Assembly: GCA_964397435.1 (NCBI GenBank)
Contig: CAYNHU010000003.1
Span: 29,731 to 91,970, forward strand
From: an uncultured Candidatus Saccharibacteria bacterium
GTDB lineage: Bacteria; Patescibacteriota; Minisyncoccia; Phycocordibacterales; UBA9973
Length of the DNA: 62,240 bases
Direction: 5' to 3'
Below are positions 28,634-37,461 of the stretch, piece after piece (position 1 is the first letter of the stretch; each line of letters opens with the position of its first letter). Under the pieces are notes generated by a model that saw only the letters and a list, made by a program, of their open reading frames with translations, had not been told where the DNA came from and searched no databases. The position numbers were made by a program, and so were the translations under genes.

Positions 28634-29110
28634 CTATAGATTAGATTTGAAATGAACAGGTATCGTCTTGTATGTGTGCTGCAATCCAGGCAAGGCGTTC
28701 TCAATAACGATTGTTCCCTGTTCTCCAAGATACGCAGCTGACGTTGTGAGTGTTGTTTCGAAATAATACGGCTTACCATTTTGCACATTTTGTGCGCGAA
28801 GTCTAAATGTGCCCATAATCAATCCGTTACTGTTCAATACAGTCACGTTACCGAGCACATCACCCACTGGTTCCCAATCGCAACCGTTCGCATATCCATA
28901 GAGTTTATGAGGAAACGTGATTGTATCGTCCGCACCGAGATCATATATATTTAATCCACACTCTAGCTTCAGAATTGTTCTAAAATTTCCAAATCCAAAT
29001 GGTCGTTGTTCAGTAAAAAAACCAACAGCGAGTAATCCGACCATAATGGCGATAAAGACGAGTATGATAAATCCGATAATTCCTCGATTTGTTTGCATGT
29101 GTGTAGACAT
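28634..29110 (-). CDS. hypothetical membrane-anchored protein, possibly Gmad2-like Ig-fold ectodomain
   Basis: 158 aa with one TM (IIGFIILVFIAIMVGLLAVGFF), then a beta-rich domain. The domain guess is weak. Confidence 0.65.
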   Translation of the reverse strand: MSTHMQTNRGIIGFIILVFIAIMVGLLAVGFFTEQRPFGFGNFRTILKLECGLNIYDLGADDTITFPHKLYGYANGCDWEPVGDVLGNVTVLNSNGLIMGTFRLRAQNVQNGKPYYFETTLTTSAAYLGEQGTIVIENALPGLQHTYKTIPVHFKSNL

Positions 29111-29144
29111 CTAACCAAAGTATACCAATCAACAAACCTTATAC

Positions 29145-29172
29145 GCAAACAAAAACACCCCGTATGGAGTGT
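29145..29172 (-). terminator. intrinsic terminator after the HARE-HTH gene
   Basis: Stem acacccc / ggagtgt with one mismatch and loop gtat. The minus-strand trailer is tttttgtttg. Confidence 0.5.
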
Positions 29173-29193
29173 TTTTGTGGATTACTCGAGAAG

Positions 29194-30222
29194 CTATGCT
29201 GCTGAGTAAAGTCCCTGTTTGTTTTTCTTGAAGTATTTTGGATTCTGGAGGTTTACAAGAATAGTATTTTTCTTGAGGTAACGTTCCTTCATAACGCGAT
29301 CAACAACATCGTCTTTTGAGAGAGGTCCTTCTTTTTTGAGAATTTCTGCGATAACGTCTCGAACAACACCTGCTTTGTATCCCCATTCAGCGAGCGCGTA
29401 GATGCCGCGGCCGACGAGGATGAAACGCTTGTCTTTAATGAGTTCATTGTGACATGTCGCTGTGTGAGTCTTTTTGCCGAATGTAGCTTCGATTGCCTTT
29501 GCAACTTCACGGAAGTGCATTGGAGAACCGTGCTTGCGCATAACGAGGTATGCGTAATCTTTCACACCGCGAGTTTTAACATTCTGACTGTCAGCTTTAC
29601 CCCATTCACCGAGTGGATTGCGAGAAAGTTTCTTTGACATACCAAGCCAACGCTTAGCAATTTCTTCGTTTTTGTATTCAATATTGATTTCTTTTAAGTG
29701 TTCGAGGAAGCGTCCAATCAATTCACTTTCTTGAACGAGTTCATCGTCTGAGAGACCTTCGTAGAGTTTCTTGAGAGAACCGTGAACTGTTTCAGCGAGC
29801 GCACCGTCAGTAGACCAGCGTGATTTGAAGTGATCATCTTCTTTGTGCTTCATGAAAGCATCTGAGAGAACGAGATAGAAGTGTAAGTGGTTCTGAGTAA
29901 CTGGATCTTTTGCAATCATTGGAAGCAACTCTTCTTCTGCAATCAATGCACCAAGTTCGCGAACAACAGCTTTAAGTTCTTCAAATGTTTCGAGTTCTGC
30001 TTTGTATTCTTCTGATTTGCGAATAGTGTTAAGTGCAGTTGCTTCAATCTGACGAACGCGTTCACGAGTAATGTTATACGCGTCACCGATAGCCTCGAGT
30101 GTCTTTCGTTCAGGGTTTTCACCGAGACCGAAACGAGAAAGGATCACATCATATGATCGATCCTGAAGCGGAGACAAGATACGCTTCGTGACCTGCTTGG
30201 GTTTAAATGTAATTTTTGGCAT
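29194..30222 (-). CDS. sigma-70 region-4-like plus HARE-HTH domain protein
   Basis: LEAIGDAYNITRERVRQIEATALNTIRK is region-4-like. The C-terminal MHFREVAKAIEATFGKK, FILVGRGIYALAEWGY is HARE-HTH-like (RNAP delta N-domain). Confidence 0.65.
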   Translation of the reverse strand: MPKITFKPKQVTKRILSPLQDRSYDVILSRFGLGENPERKTLEAIGDAYNITRERVRQIEATALNTIRKSEEYKAELETFEELKAVVRELGALIAEEELLPMIAKDPVTQNHLHFYLVLSDAFMKHKEDDHFKSRWSTDGALAETVHGSLKKLYEGLSDDELVQESELIGRFLEHLKEINIEYKNEEIAKRWLGMSKKLSRNPLGEWGKADSQNVKTRGVKDYAYLVMRKHGSPMHFREVAKAIEATFGKKTHTATCHNELIKDKRFILVGRGIYALAEWGYKAGVVRDVIAEILKKEGPLSKDDVVDRVMKERYLKKNTILVNLQNPKYFKKNKQGLYSAA

Positions 30223-30311
30223 TTGTGTTGTTACGACGTTATCGTTACTAATGTTTACTAAAATCAGTTTACCATACTATAGAATTAAGTCAAATCCCCA
30301 CCCGCGAGCCT

Positions 30312-32099
30312 TTATTTATCTGAAGATTTTGACTTGTTTCGAGCCTGTTCAGTGAGTAATTTTTTACGCAAACGAACTGACTGTGGTGTAATTTCGAGGT
30401 ATTCGTCGTCCTGCATAATTTCAAGGCCACGTTCAATACTAATTTTAAATGGTGGGTTAAGGTAGATTGTTTCATCTGTACCTGACGCACGCATGTTAGT
30501 AAGCTGTTTACCTTTTGTTGGGTTCACTGCCATTTCTTCACCTTTAGTGACGTTACCAACAACCTGACCTTCATAAATATCATCACCGTGTTCGATATAA
30601 AGCAAACCACGCTGCTGAAGATTACCAAGTGAGAATGTAAGCGCCTTACCAGCAGCCATTGATGTCATTGAGCCAACCTCGCGTTTCTTGATTTCACCGG
30701 CGTATGCTTTGAAACCAATAAAGCGTGATGAAAGAATACCTTCGCCTTTTGTGTCAACAATGAACTGGTTACGGTAGCCGAGCAAACCACGAGTTGGAAT
30801 TTCAAAGACAACGCGAACGATGCCATCTTTTTCAACTATATTTTGCATCAAACCACGTCGTTTTGTAAGTTTTTCGATAACAGCACTACTTGTTGCACTT
30901 GGAACGTCAACGGTAACTTCTTCGTACGGTTCAAGTTTTTCGCCGTTTTCTTCTTTGATGATTACCTGTGGCTGCGATACCTGAAGTTCGTATCCTTCAC
31001 GGCGCATGTTTTCGAGCAATACTGCAATGTGCAATTCACCACGGCCATAAACCAAGAAGAATGCATCACTTTCAAAATCAACACGGAGTCCGACGTTGAT
31101 TTCAAGTTCACGTTCAAGACGTTCACGAATTTGTCGAGATGTAACAAACTTACCTTCGCGTCCAGCAAATGGAGAGTCGTTAACCAAGAAGTTAAGTGAA
31201 ATAGTTGGTTCATCAATTGCGATCGCTGGCAATGCAGGAACATCAGCTTGTGTTACGATTGTTTCTCCGATGAACACGTCAGGAATACCTGCAACAATTG
31301 CAATATCACCAGCACCTGCTTCGGTTACTTCTTCACGAGTTGTGCCTTTGAAGGTAAACAATTTTGTAATACGAGTTGTACGAGGAGTACCATCTGCTTT
31401 TTTCACAACGATACTCTCGCCTGTTTTTACAGAACCAGTATAGATACGCGCAATCGCCAAACGGCCGAGGAATGTATCATATCCGAGATTGAAAACCTGC
31501 GCCTGAAATGGCTGATCTGCTTTTGTTGAAGCAACAGGAACTTGTTCGAGCACCACATCAAGAAGTGGAGTAAGATCTCTTGCTTCATCAGTGAGGCTGC
31601 GTTTTGCGACACCATCACGTCCAATAGCGTAGACAGTAGTAAAGTCAATTTGAGAATCGTTTGCACCAAGTTCCAAAAAGAGTTCGAGTACTTCTTCGTG
31701 TACACGGTTAGGATCAGCTGCTGGTTTGTCGATTTTGTTAATCACGAGAATTGGCTTCAAACCAAGTTCCAATGATTTTTTGAGCACGAAACGTGTCTGC
31801 GGCATTGGGCCTTCTTGCGCATCAACGAGCAACAAAACTGAGTCGATAGCACGAAGTACGCGCTCAACTTCTGAGCCGAAGTCCGCGTGTCCTGGTGTGT
31901 CTACGATATTAATCTTTGTACCTTTGTAGTTAACAGAGGTATTTTTTGAATAGATAGTAATACCACGCTCTTGCTCGATTGAGTTTGAGTCCATAGTAAT
32001 ACCTTCTTCGACCATGCCACACTGCTGCATGAGTTTGTCAGTCAGTGTTGTTTTTCCGTGGTCCACGTGTGCGATAATCGCAATATTTCTGATTTCCAT
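30312..32099 (-). CDS. typA: translational GTPase TypA/BipA
   Basis: Motifs [25 protein letters not shown] and NKID. Confidence 0.95.
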   Translation of the reverse strand: MEIRNIAIIAHVDHGKTTLTDKLMQQCGMVEEGITMDSNSIEQERGITIYSKNTSVNYKGTKINIVDTPGHADFGSEVERVLRAIDSVLLLVDAQEGPMPQTRFVLKKSLELGLKPILVINKIDKPAADPNRVHEEVLELFLELGANDSQIDFTTVYAIGRDGVAKRSLTDEARDLTPLLDVVLEQVPVASTKADQPFQAQVFNLGYDTFLGRLAIARIYTGSVKTGESIVVKKADGTPRTTRITKLFTFKGTTREEVTEAGAGDIAIVAGIPDVFIGETIVTQADVPALPAIAIDEPTISLNFLVNDSPFAGREGKFVTSRQIRERLERELEINVGLRVDFESDAFFLVYGRGELHIAVLLENMRREGYELQVSQPQVIIKEENGEKLEPYEEVTVDVPSATSSAVIEKLTKRRGLMQNIVEKDGIVRVVFEIPTRGLLGYRNQFIVDTKGEGILSSRFIGFKAYAGEIKKREVGSMTSMAAGKALTFSLGNLQQRGLLYIEHGDDIYEGQVVGNVTKGEEMAVNPTKGKQLTNMRASGTDETIYLNPPFKISIERGLEIMQDDEYLEITPQSVRLRKKLLTEQARNKSKSSDK

Positions 32100-32212
32100 G
32101 AGTAATTAATTAACTTAGTGCAAACAAAAAATGCGCACGTATGCGTCATTAAAGTTCTAGATATATAGTATCACATTTTTCAATAAAAAGCAATACTCGC
32201 GACGTACGAAAT

Positions 32213-32240
32213 TTGACTTTTCACAAAAATGTATTATTAT
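32213..32240 (+). promoter_or_regulatory. sigma70-like promoter (TTGACT, 16 nt, TATTAT)
   Basis: ttgact at 32213-32218 and tattat at 32235-32240, about 40 nt upstream of the ATG at 32281. Confidence 0.4.
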
Positions 32241-32280
32241 TTGAGCAATTATTTTACATAACCACTAACACCTTTTTATT

Positions 32281-32565
32281 ATGAAACAAACTGAAACAAC
32301 CAGCCACGCTCGTCAGGTATCATTCTGGGAAAACGCAGAGATACTCTTTTCATTCCTTCTATTTTTAGTAACCCCCGACATCATTCTGAGCTTGTTTACA
32401 CTTGTGCATCAGAATGGATGGTGGGATATGATTACTGGTTTTTTAAAAAGCAAAAAGACCAGCACTGTAAAAAACAACCTGGGCATGATGAGTGCTCTGA
32501 TAAACAACAACCGCGACACAAAAAACGCTGGCAACGTTCGATACTACTTCAAACTTTTACGGTAG
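32281..32565 (+). CDS. hypothetical small membrane protein, or 5' part of a frameshifted gene
   Basis: 94-aa ORF with one TM (ILFSFLLFLVTPDIILSLFTLV). It overlaps the next ORF by 148 nt in a different frame. Confidence 0.4.
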   Translation: MKQTETTSHARQVSFWENAEILFSFLLFLVTPDIILSLFTLVHQNGWWDMITGFLKSKKTSTVKNNLGMMSALINNNRDTKNAGNVRYYFKLLR

Positions 32566-32963
32566 CACCCGAACCACAGTGGACAACAGCACTAACAATC
32601 GTAAATACTCCAACAGAGTTTTATATACCCACAGTTGGAAGTACTGAAATTGCACGAGCAATTGCAGAACGAGACTTTGTGTTAAAAGTAGCAACAGTTC
32701 CGTTGATACAACTTACCCGTTTTGATATTCAGGATCGTATTGTTGTACCCTGTAGGCCTCACATGACTCAGGCGCTTCAGTTTATTAATGAACTATACTT
32801 ACGTGATGACAAACAGTTGCAAAACTTGCTTATAGAACAGGTAAAAACACTGGTGGTAAATATTACAACCGAACACCCTGGCGACACTACTGCACCAGAA
32901 CGGTTTAAAACACTAATACTGGAGCAGGCACCAAATGTAGCAGAAGCTATACGTTGGGAGTAA
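32418..32963 (+). CDS. hypothetical protein, or 3' part of a frameshifted gene
   Basis: 181-aa ORF. The first 50 or so codons are K/Q/H-rich and look non-native. From about 32570 the translation looks protein-like (TEFYIPTVGSTEIARAIAERDFVLKVATVPL). Confidence 0.5.
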   Translation: MVGYDYWFFKKQKDQHCKKQPGHDECSDKQQPRHKKRWQRSILLQTFTVAPEPQWTTALTIVNTPTEFYIPTVGSTEIARAIAERDFVLKVATVPLIQLTRFDIQDRIVVPCRPHMTQALQFINELYLRDDKQLQNLLIEQVKTLVVNITTEHPGDTTAPERFKTLILEQAPNVAEAIRWE

Positions 32964-32984
32964 CAACTTAACTGCTAAATAACA

Positions 32985-33022
32985 AAGTGCTGGAAACGCT
33001 TCGCGTTTCCAGCACTTTTTCT
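32985..33022 (+). terminator. intrinsic terminator
   Basis: Stem agtgctggaaacgc / gcgtttccagcact with loop ttc, followed by ttttctttg. Confidence 0.8.
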
Positions 33023-33067
33023 TTGTCTTTTTTACAGTCTGTGTTTTTAGTTTTTTGTCGTACTCTC

Positions 33068-34189
33068 TTACTTGAAAAACAACCGAGCAATATCGTGATA
33101 TGTAACGAGTAGCATCAAACCAATCAGCAAGAAAAATCCAACTGTATTTAATATCGCAGTAATATTTGCAGGGATTGGTTTTCGAATAATGGCTTCGATA
33201 CCAACAAATACAAGTCGTCCACCATCAAGTGCTGGAAATGGTACGAGATTGATAACCGCGAGTGAAAGTGAAATGAGTGCTGCAAAAAGTACAACATAAT
33301 CAATACCAAGTGTTGCCGCTGTACCAACCATACTCACCATGCCGACAGGACCAGAAACAGCATCTAGGCTGACCTTACGTGTAATTAAACCAGTGATGCC
33401 TTTTACTGTCTCTTTAGTGAGTGCAATACTTGAAGAAAGTCCTTGATCAAGTGACTGAATCAATCCCAATTTTACATGACCACGAAGTGAAGGTGTAACT
33501 CCAATCATAAAATACCCCGACTGCGCATTTTTTTCTGGAGTGACTGTGTGTTTTTCTTGGATACCGTTGCGAACAACTTCGAGAGTAATTGGCTTACCTT
33601 CACTTGCACGAACAAAAGCAGTTAAACCTTGCGGTGTGTGTGAAGCAAGTTTTGTATCAGTTGTAGAGATTGTTGCACCAACAACAAGATCGCCTGATTT
33701 GAGTAATGCCTTGTCTGCTGGAGTTCCTGGTGCAACTGATTCCAAAATTAATTGTGTATTTGATAAATATTCCGCTGAAATAGTTTCATCAAAAATAACA
33801 TTGGTTCCTTTGAAATAGAGACCACTCACGAGTAACCATCCAACAAGGAAATTCATCACAACACCTGCTACAAGAACTGCTGCTTGTGTGTAGCGAGGTT
33901 TACTTACAAAACTCTGCTGTTTTTCAAGCGGAGTGAGTTCTTCTACGTGCGCATCTTCTCCGAAGATTTTTACAAAACCACCAAACGGTAACCAGTTAAG
34001 TGTGAACAATGTTCCCTTCCACATGAACAGCGCTTTCGCACGTGGTGGATAACCGAGACCAAATTCGTCAACACGAATACCAGCCTTTTTGGCAACCCAA
34101 AAGTGCCCAAATTCATGAGCAATAACGAGTAACGATAAAATACCAACGAAGAGAAGTATAGAAACAATAACAAAGAGGATTCCTGACAT
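33068..34189 (-). CDS. rseP: RIP metalloprotease RseP (site-2 protease, M50)
   Basis: HEFGHFWVAKKAG (HExxH), a central PDZ-like region and NLVPFPALDGG. Confidence 0.9.
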   Translation of the reverse strand: MSGILFVIVSILLFVGILSLLVIAHEFGHFWVAKKAGIRVDEFGLGYPPRAKALFMWKGTLFTLNWLPFGGFVKIFGEDAHVEELTPLEKQQSFVSKPRYTQAAVLVAGVVMNFLVGWLLVSGLYFKGTNVIFDETISAEYLSNTQLILESVAPGTPADKALLKSGDLVVGATISTTDTKLASHTPQGLTAFVRASEGKPITLEVVRNGIQEKHTVTPEKNAQSGYFMIGVTPSLRGHVKLGLIQSLDQGLSSSIALTKETVKGITGLITRKVSLDAVSGPVGMVSMVGTAATLGIDYVVLFAALISLSLAVINLVPFPALDGGRLVFVGIEAIIRKPIPANITAILNTVGFFLLIGLMLLVTYHDIARLFFK

Positions 34190-34194
34190 ACGGA

Positions 34195-34734
34195 TTAATT
34201 CATTACGTCAATTTCCTTTTTACTAAAGATTGCTTCCAAGTTTGCGTTTACTTCATCAACAATTTTCTGGAGTTCTTCTTTTGCGCGGAATGCGTCATCT
34301 TCTGGGAGTTCTACTGCTTTGAGTTCATCAATGGTGTTTTCGCGAACCTTACGAACAGAAATGCGTGCATCTTCGAGTTTGTCTTTTAAAACTTTGACGA
34401 GCTTCTGACGATTTTCAGTAGTGAGCATTGGGAAAATAACACGAAGACCTTGGTCATCAGTTGCGACAGAAAGGCCAATGTTTGCAGCCTGTACTGCTTT
34501 TTCGATTTCTTTGACGTGTGATTTGTCCCATGGAACAACACGGAGTGTTTTAGGATCTTCAACAGAAATAGACGCAACGTTTTTGATTGGCTGATACATG
34601 CCATATGTTTCGATAGAAATACTATCAAGCACAAGCGGAGTTGCGCGACCTGTGTGAAGACCTGCGTATTCGTTACGAAGCCATTCTTCAACCTTTTTAA
34701 ATTCTTCTTTTGTAGATGTAAAATTGTATGCCAT
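34195..34734 (-). CDS. frr: ribosome recycling factor
   Basis: 179 aa with GRATPLVLDSI and SVRKVRENTIDELK. Confidence 0.93.
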   Translation of the reverse strand: MAYNFTSTKEEFKKVEEWLRNEYAGLHTGRATPLVLDSISIETYGMYQPIKNVASISVEDPKTLRVVPWDKSHVKEIEKAVQAANIGLSVATDDQGLRVIFPMLTTENRQKLVKVLKDKLEDARISVRKVRENTIDELKAVELPEDDAFRAKEELQKIVDEVNANLEAIFSKKEIDVMN

Positions 34735-34743
34735 ATGCGAAGC

Positions 34744-34752
34744 AGTATAGCA
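34744..34752 (-). promoter_or_regulatory. extended -10 TGcTATACT, 9 nt upstream of the frr ATG
   Basis: The minus strand reads tgctatact gcttcgcat ATG(34734). Confidence 0.4.
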
Positions 34753-34803
34753 TAGATTTGTAGAGATTTTAATATGCCCTACTAGGAACCTGATGTTCGT
34801 GTG

Positions 34804-35487
34804 TTACAGCGCAATCGCCATGTGTTCCAAAATCATTTTGACTGAGGCGCCTCGAGTATCAAGATATGTGCGCATGGTAAGCGCATCATTGAAAAATTGT
34901 TTTTTAGTGATGAGGTTTTTGGGATCTTTGTGGAGCACTTCGAGAAGCGCAACGATAAACTGAGACGCGTGGAGTCGCAACAAACCTGAATCATCTTCAT
35001 CTTCGTGCTGCTTAATAAAATCAGCGACAAATGAAAGACGTTGATCAAACGAAGCTTTGATGAATTGATCTGCTTCTTTGATGTATTCGTGATGCATCTC
35101 CTGAAGCTTCACATACTGTGCGCGTGAACGAACAGTCGGCAAAAGTGATGTCATTTCTGGCATCAGTAAAAAAAAGTGTGTTTGTGCTCGTGGTTCTTCA
35201 AATGTTTTAAGCAATGACTGCTGCGCTTCTGGTGTAACTGAAATTGCGCTTACAATAAAATATTGTGCTGAGCCGTCATGTGAGGTTTCGTTATGAGCAC
35301 GACGAATACCAGCGGCATCTTCGACGCCGAGTGTACTGTAGGTAAATACTTGAATATGCGCATCGTCAGTCTCACGTGTTTCTTTGAGAAATGAAGCGAG
35401 CTCTGTTGGTGTTGCTTGTGTCGCACCTTCGAGAAGATACAAGTGGTGCAACGAGTCTTGGGTACCAAAATATTCAGCAAATGACAT
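34804..35487 (-). CDS. holB: DNA polymerase III delta-prime-like clamp-loader subunit (short)
   Basis: HLYLLEGA and QQSLLKTFEEPRAQTHFFLLMPEMTSLLPTVRSRAQ. Confidence 0.7.
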   Translation of the reverse strand: MSFAEYFGTQDSLHHLYLLEGATQATPTELASFLKETRETDDAHIQVFTYSTLGVEDAAGIRRAHNETSHDGSAQYFIVSAISVTPEAQQSLLKTFEEPRAQTHFFLLMPEMTSLLPTVRSRAQYVKLQEMHHEYIKEADQFIKASFDQRLSFVADFIKQHEDEDDSGLLRLHASQFIVALLEVLHKDPKNLITKKQFFNDALTMRTYLDTRGASVKMILEHMAIAL

Positions 35488-35512
35488 ATGCGTCTATGAT
35501 ACCCTACTCTCG

Positions 35513-36367
35513 CTATCTTGGAAACTCGGTAATGAGTTCGTTTCCGTAATAAAAACTTCCAGCGATTCCGCCAAAACTATAAACTACGCCGTTGATAGTG
35601 ATCGGTGCGCCACCTACTTGTGGTTGTGCTTTAGGAATTGATTTTTGAAAACCAAGATTGAAAAGTGTTGCAATAATTTCTGGTCGATTATCAATCGAGA
35701 AACCAGCTCGAGTCCACTGCGTCATATACTGTTTAAGTAAAATACCGGTGTACAAATATGAGTAGTAGTGGTTATGCTGATCAGAAAAACGAGCAACTCG
35801 CATTTCATCTGTTGGTGTTGTTTCGTAATCGAGCACATGTTCGTATGCTGGACCGAGATAAAATGGAGAAAACGGATCAACCAAATATTGCTCTATCTTT
35901 TCTGCAGTATCTTCTTTGACACCTGTGACACCGAGTGAAAATTGTGTCTGTGTACCAAGTACTCGAAGTGGTTGAAATACGCTTTTGAATACATCACGTT
36001 CAGAAGTAAACAGTCGGAGTTGTTCACTGACGATGATTGATACTATGAGTCGAGGAGAAACACCAGCGACAATTGCAGCTTGGGTGATTTGGTCTTTGTC
36101 TTTGCGAATTGCTTCAGCGAGAGCAGTCCATTCGTCACTTGTGGTCCAAGCACTGAGCGACGCCGTAGGCGTCGCTCCTTGTTCGCTCACCGTCTGTTGT
36201 TCCCCACGATCTTTCCATGATTCCCAAAAATCATTTTGTGTATCTATCAATCCAGCATCTTTAGTCCAACCTAACTTCATTGCGATAAACACACCAGAAA
36301 AAGCCACGCCAATAAGTGCAAACAAACCAATCATTATGAAAATGACAGAGGTTAGAAACTTTTTCAT
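35513..36367 (-). CDS. hypothetical membrane-anchored protein
   Basis: 284 aa with an N-terminal TM (FLTSVIFIMIGLFALIGVAFSGVFIAM). No family recognised. Confidence 0.7.
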   Translation of the reverse strand: MKKFLTSVIFIMIGLFALIGVAFSGVFIAMKLGWTKDAGLIDTQNDFWESWKDRGEQQTVSEQGATPTASLSAWTTSDEWTALAEAIRKDKDQITQAAIVAGVSPRLIVSIIVSEQLRLFTSERDVFKSVFQPLRVLGTQTQFSLGVTGVKEDTAEKIEQYLVDPFSPFYLGPAYEHVLDYETTPTDEMRVARFSDQHNHYYSYLYTGILLKQYMTQWTRAGFSIDNRPEIIATLFNLGFQKSIPKAQPQVGGAPITINGVVYSFGGIAGSFYYGNELITEFPR

Positions 36368-36372
36368 GAAAA

Positions 36373-37386
36373 TTAACGCTTAGAGAGAATTGCTTTTTTG
36401 TACGTATCCAAATGTTCGAGCGCAACACCAGTGCCTTTTACAACACAGTACAGTGAATCATCAGCGAGTACGGCTTTTACACCAGTCTTTCGAAACACAA
36501 GGTCAGGAAAATTACGAAGCTGTGATGTTCCTCCTGTCATGATAATTCCTTGATCAATAATGTCAGACGCCAACTCTGGTGGTGTGTCTTGAAGCACATC
36601 TTTGATCGCCTTAATGATTTGTTTGAGCTCTTTGTCGATTGCTTTAACAATTTCATTTGTCGTGACTTGCGCGGTACGTGGCAATCCCGTCATGTAGTCA
36701 CGACCTTTTATGACAATTGAAAGTTCTTCATCAAGTGGAATAGCAGCACCAATAGTGATTTTTACTTGCTCGGCTGTTTTGTCTCCGATAGCAAGATTGA
36801 ATGTTTTCTTGATGTAGTCAGCGATTGCTTGATCAATTTTATTACCTGCGCATTTTACTGAAGTCGAAGCAACGATACCTCCGAGTGAAATCACCGCAAC
36901 ATCAGTTGTTCCGCCACCAATATCAACGATCATATGTCCACGTGATTCATGAATTGGAATACCGGCACCAATAGCTGCAAGAATTGGTTCTTTAACCACA
37001 TATGCATTTTTTGCGCCAGCTTTAATTGTCGCCTCAACCACTGCGCGTCGTTCTGTCGAAGTAATTCCAGCAGGAACTGAGACCATAACATCTGGTTTCA
37101 TTACATTCCATTTACCAAGTGCCTTTGCAATATAGTAACGAAGCATTGCCTCAGTTACGCGATAGTCAGCAATCACACCATCTTTCATGGGACGATACGC
37201 AATAATACTTTCTGGTGTCTTACCAATCATCTCTTTAGCTTCAGCACCGATTGCGAGAATTTTGTTATCAATTTCAGAAACAGCAACAACTGATGGCTCA
37301 TTAAGCACAATACCCTTGCCAGGAACAAACACGAGCGTGTTTGCGGTGCCGAGGTCAATACCAAGTTTTGAGCCAAAAATTCCCAT
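36373..37386 (-). CDS. mreB: rod-shape-determining actin homolog MreB
   Basis: Motifs GIDLGTANTLVF, IVDIGGGTTDVAV and IMTGGTSQLRN. Confidence 0.95.
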   Translation of the reverse strand: MGIFGSKLGIDLGTANTLVFVPGKGIVLNEPSVVAVSEIDNKILAIGAEAKEMIGKTPESIIAYRPMKDGVIADYRVTEAMLRYYIAKALGKWNVMKPDVMVSVPAGITSTERRAVVEATIKAGAKNAYVVKEPILAAIGAGIPIHESRGHMIVDIGGGTTDVAVISLGGIVASTSVKCAGNKIDQAIADYIKKTFNLAIGDKTAEQVKITIGAAIPLDEELSIVIKGRDYMTGLPRTAQVTTNEIVKAIDKELKQIIKAIKDVLQDTPPELASDIIDQGIIMTGGTSQLRNFPDLVFRKTGVKAVLADDSLYCVVKGTGVALEHLDTYKKAILSKR

Positions 37387-37396
37387 AGGTAGCTAG

Positions 37397-37405
37397 AATA
37401 TACCA
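37397..37405 (-). promoter_or_regulatory. extended -10 TGgTATATT, 10 nt upstream of the mreB ATG
   Basis: The minus strand reads tggtatatt ctagctacct ATG(37386). Confidence 0.4.
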
Positions 37406-37414
37406 TAATTACAG

Positions 37415-37445
37415 AATAAAAAAATACCCGTGCTATTTTGGGTAT
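37415..37445 (-). terminator. hairpin terminator flanked by A- and T-runs
   Basis: The sequence reads aaaaaaa taccc gtgctatttt gggta ttttttt. It lies downstream of the 37462..38592 gene. Confidence 0.55.
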
Positions 37446-37461
37446 TTTTTTATTCAATACT

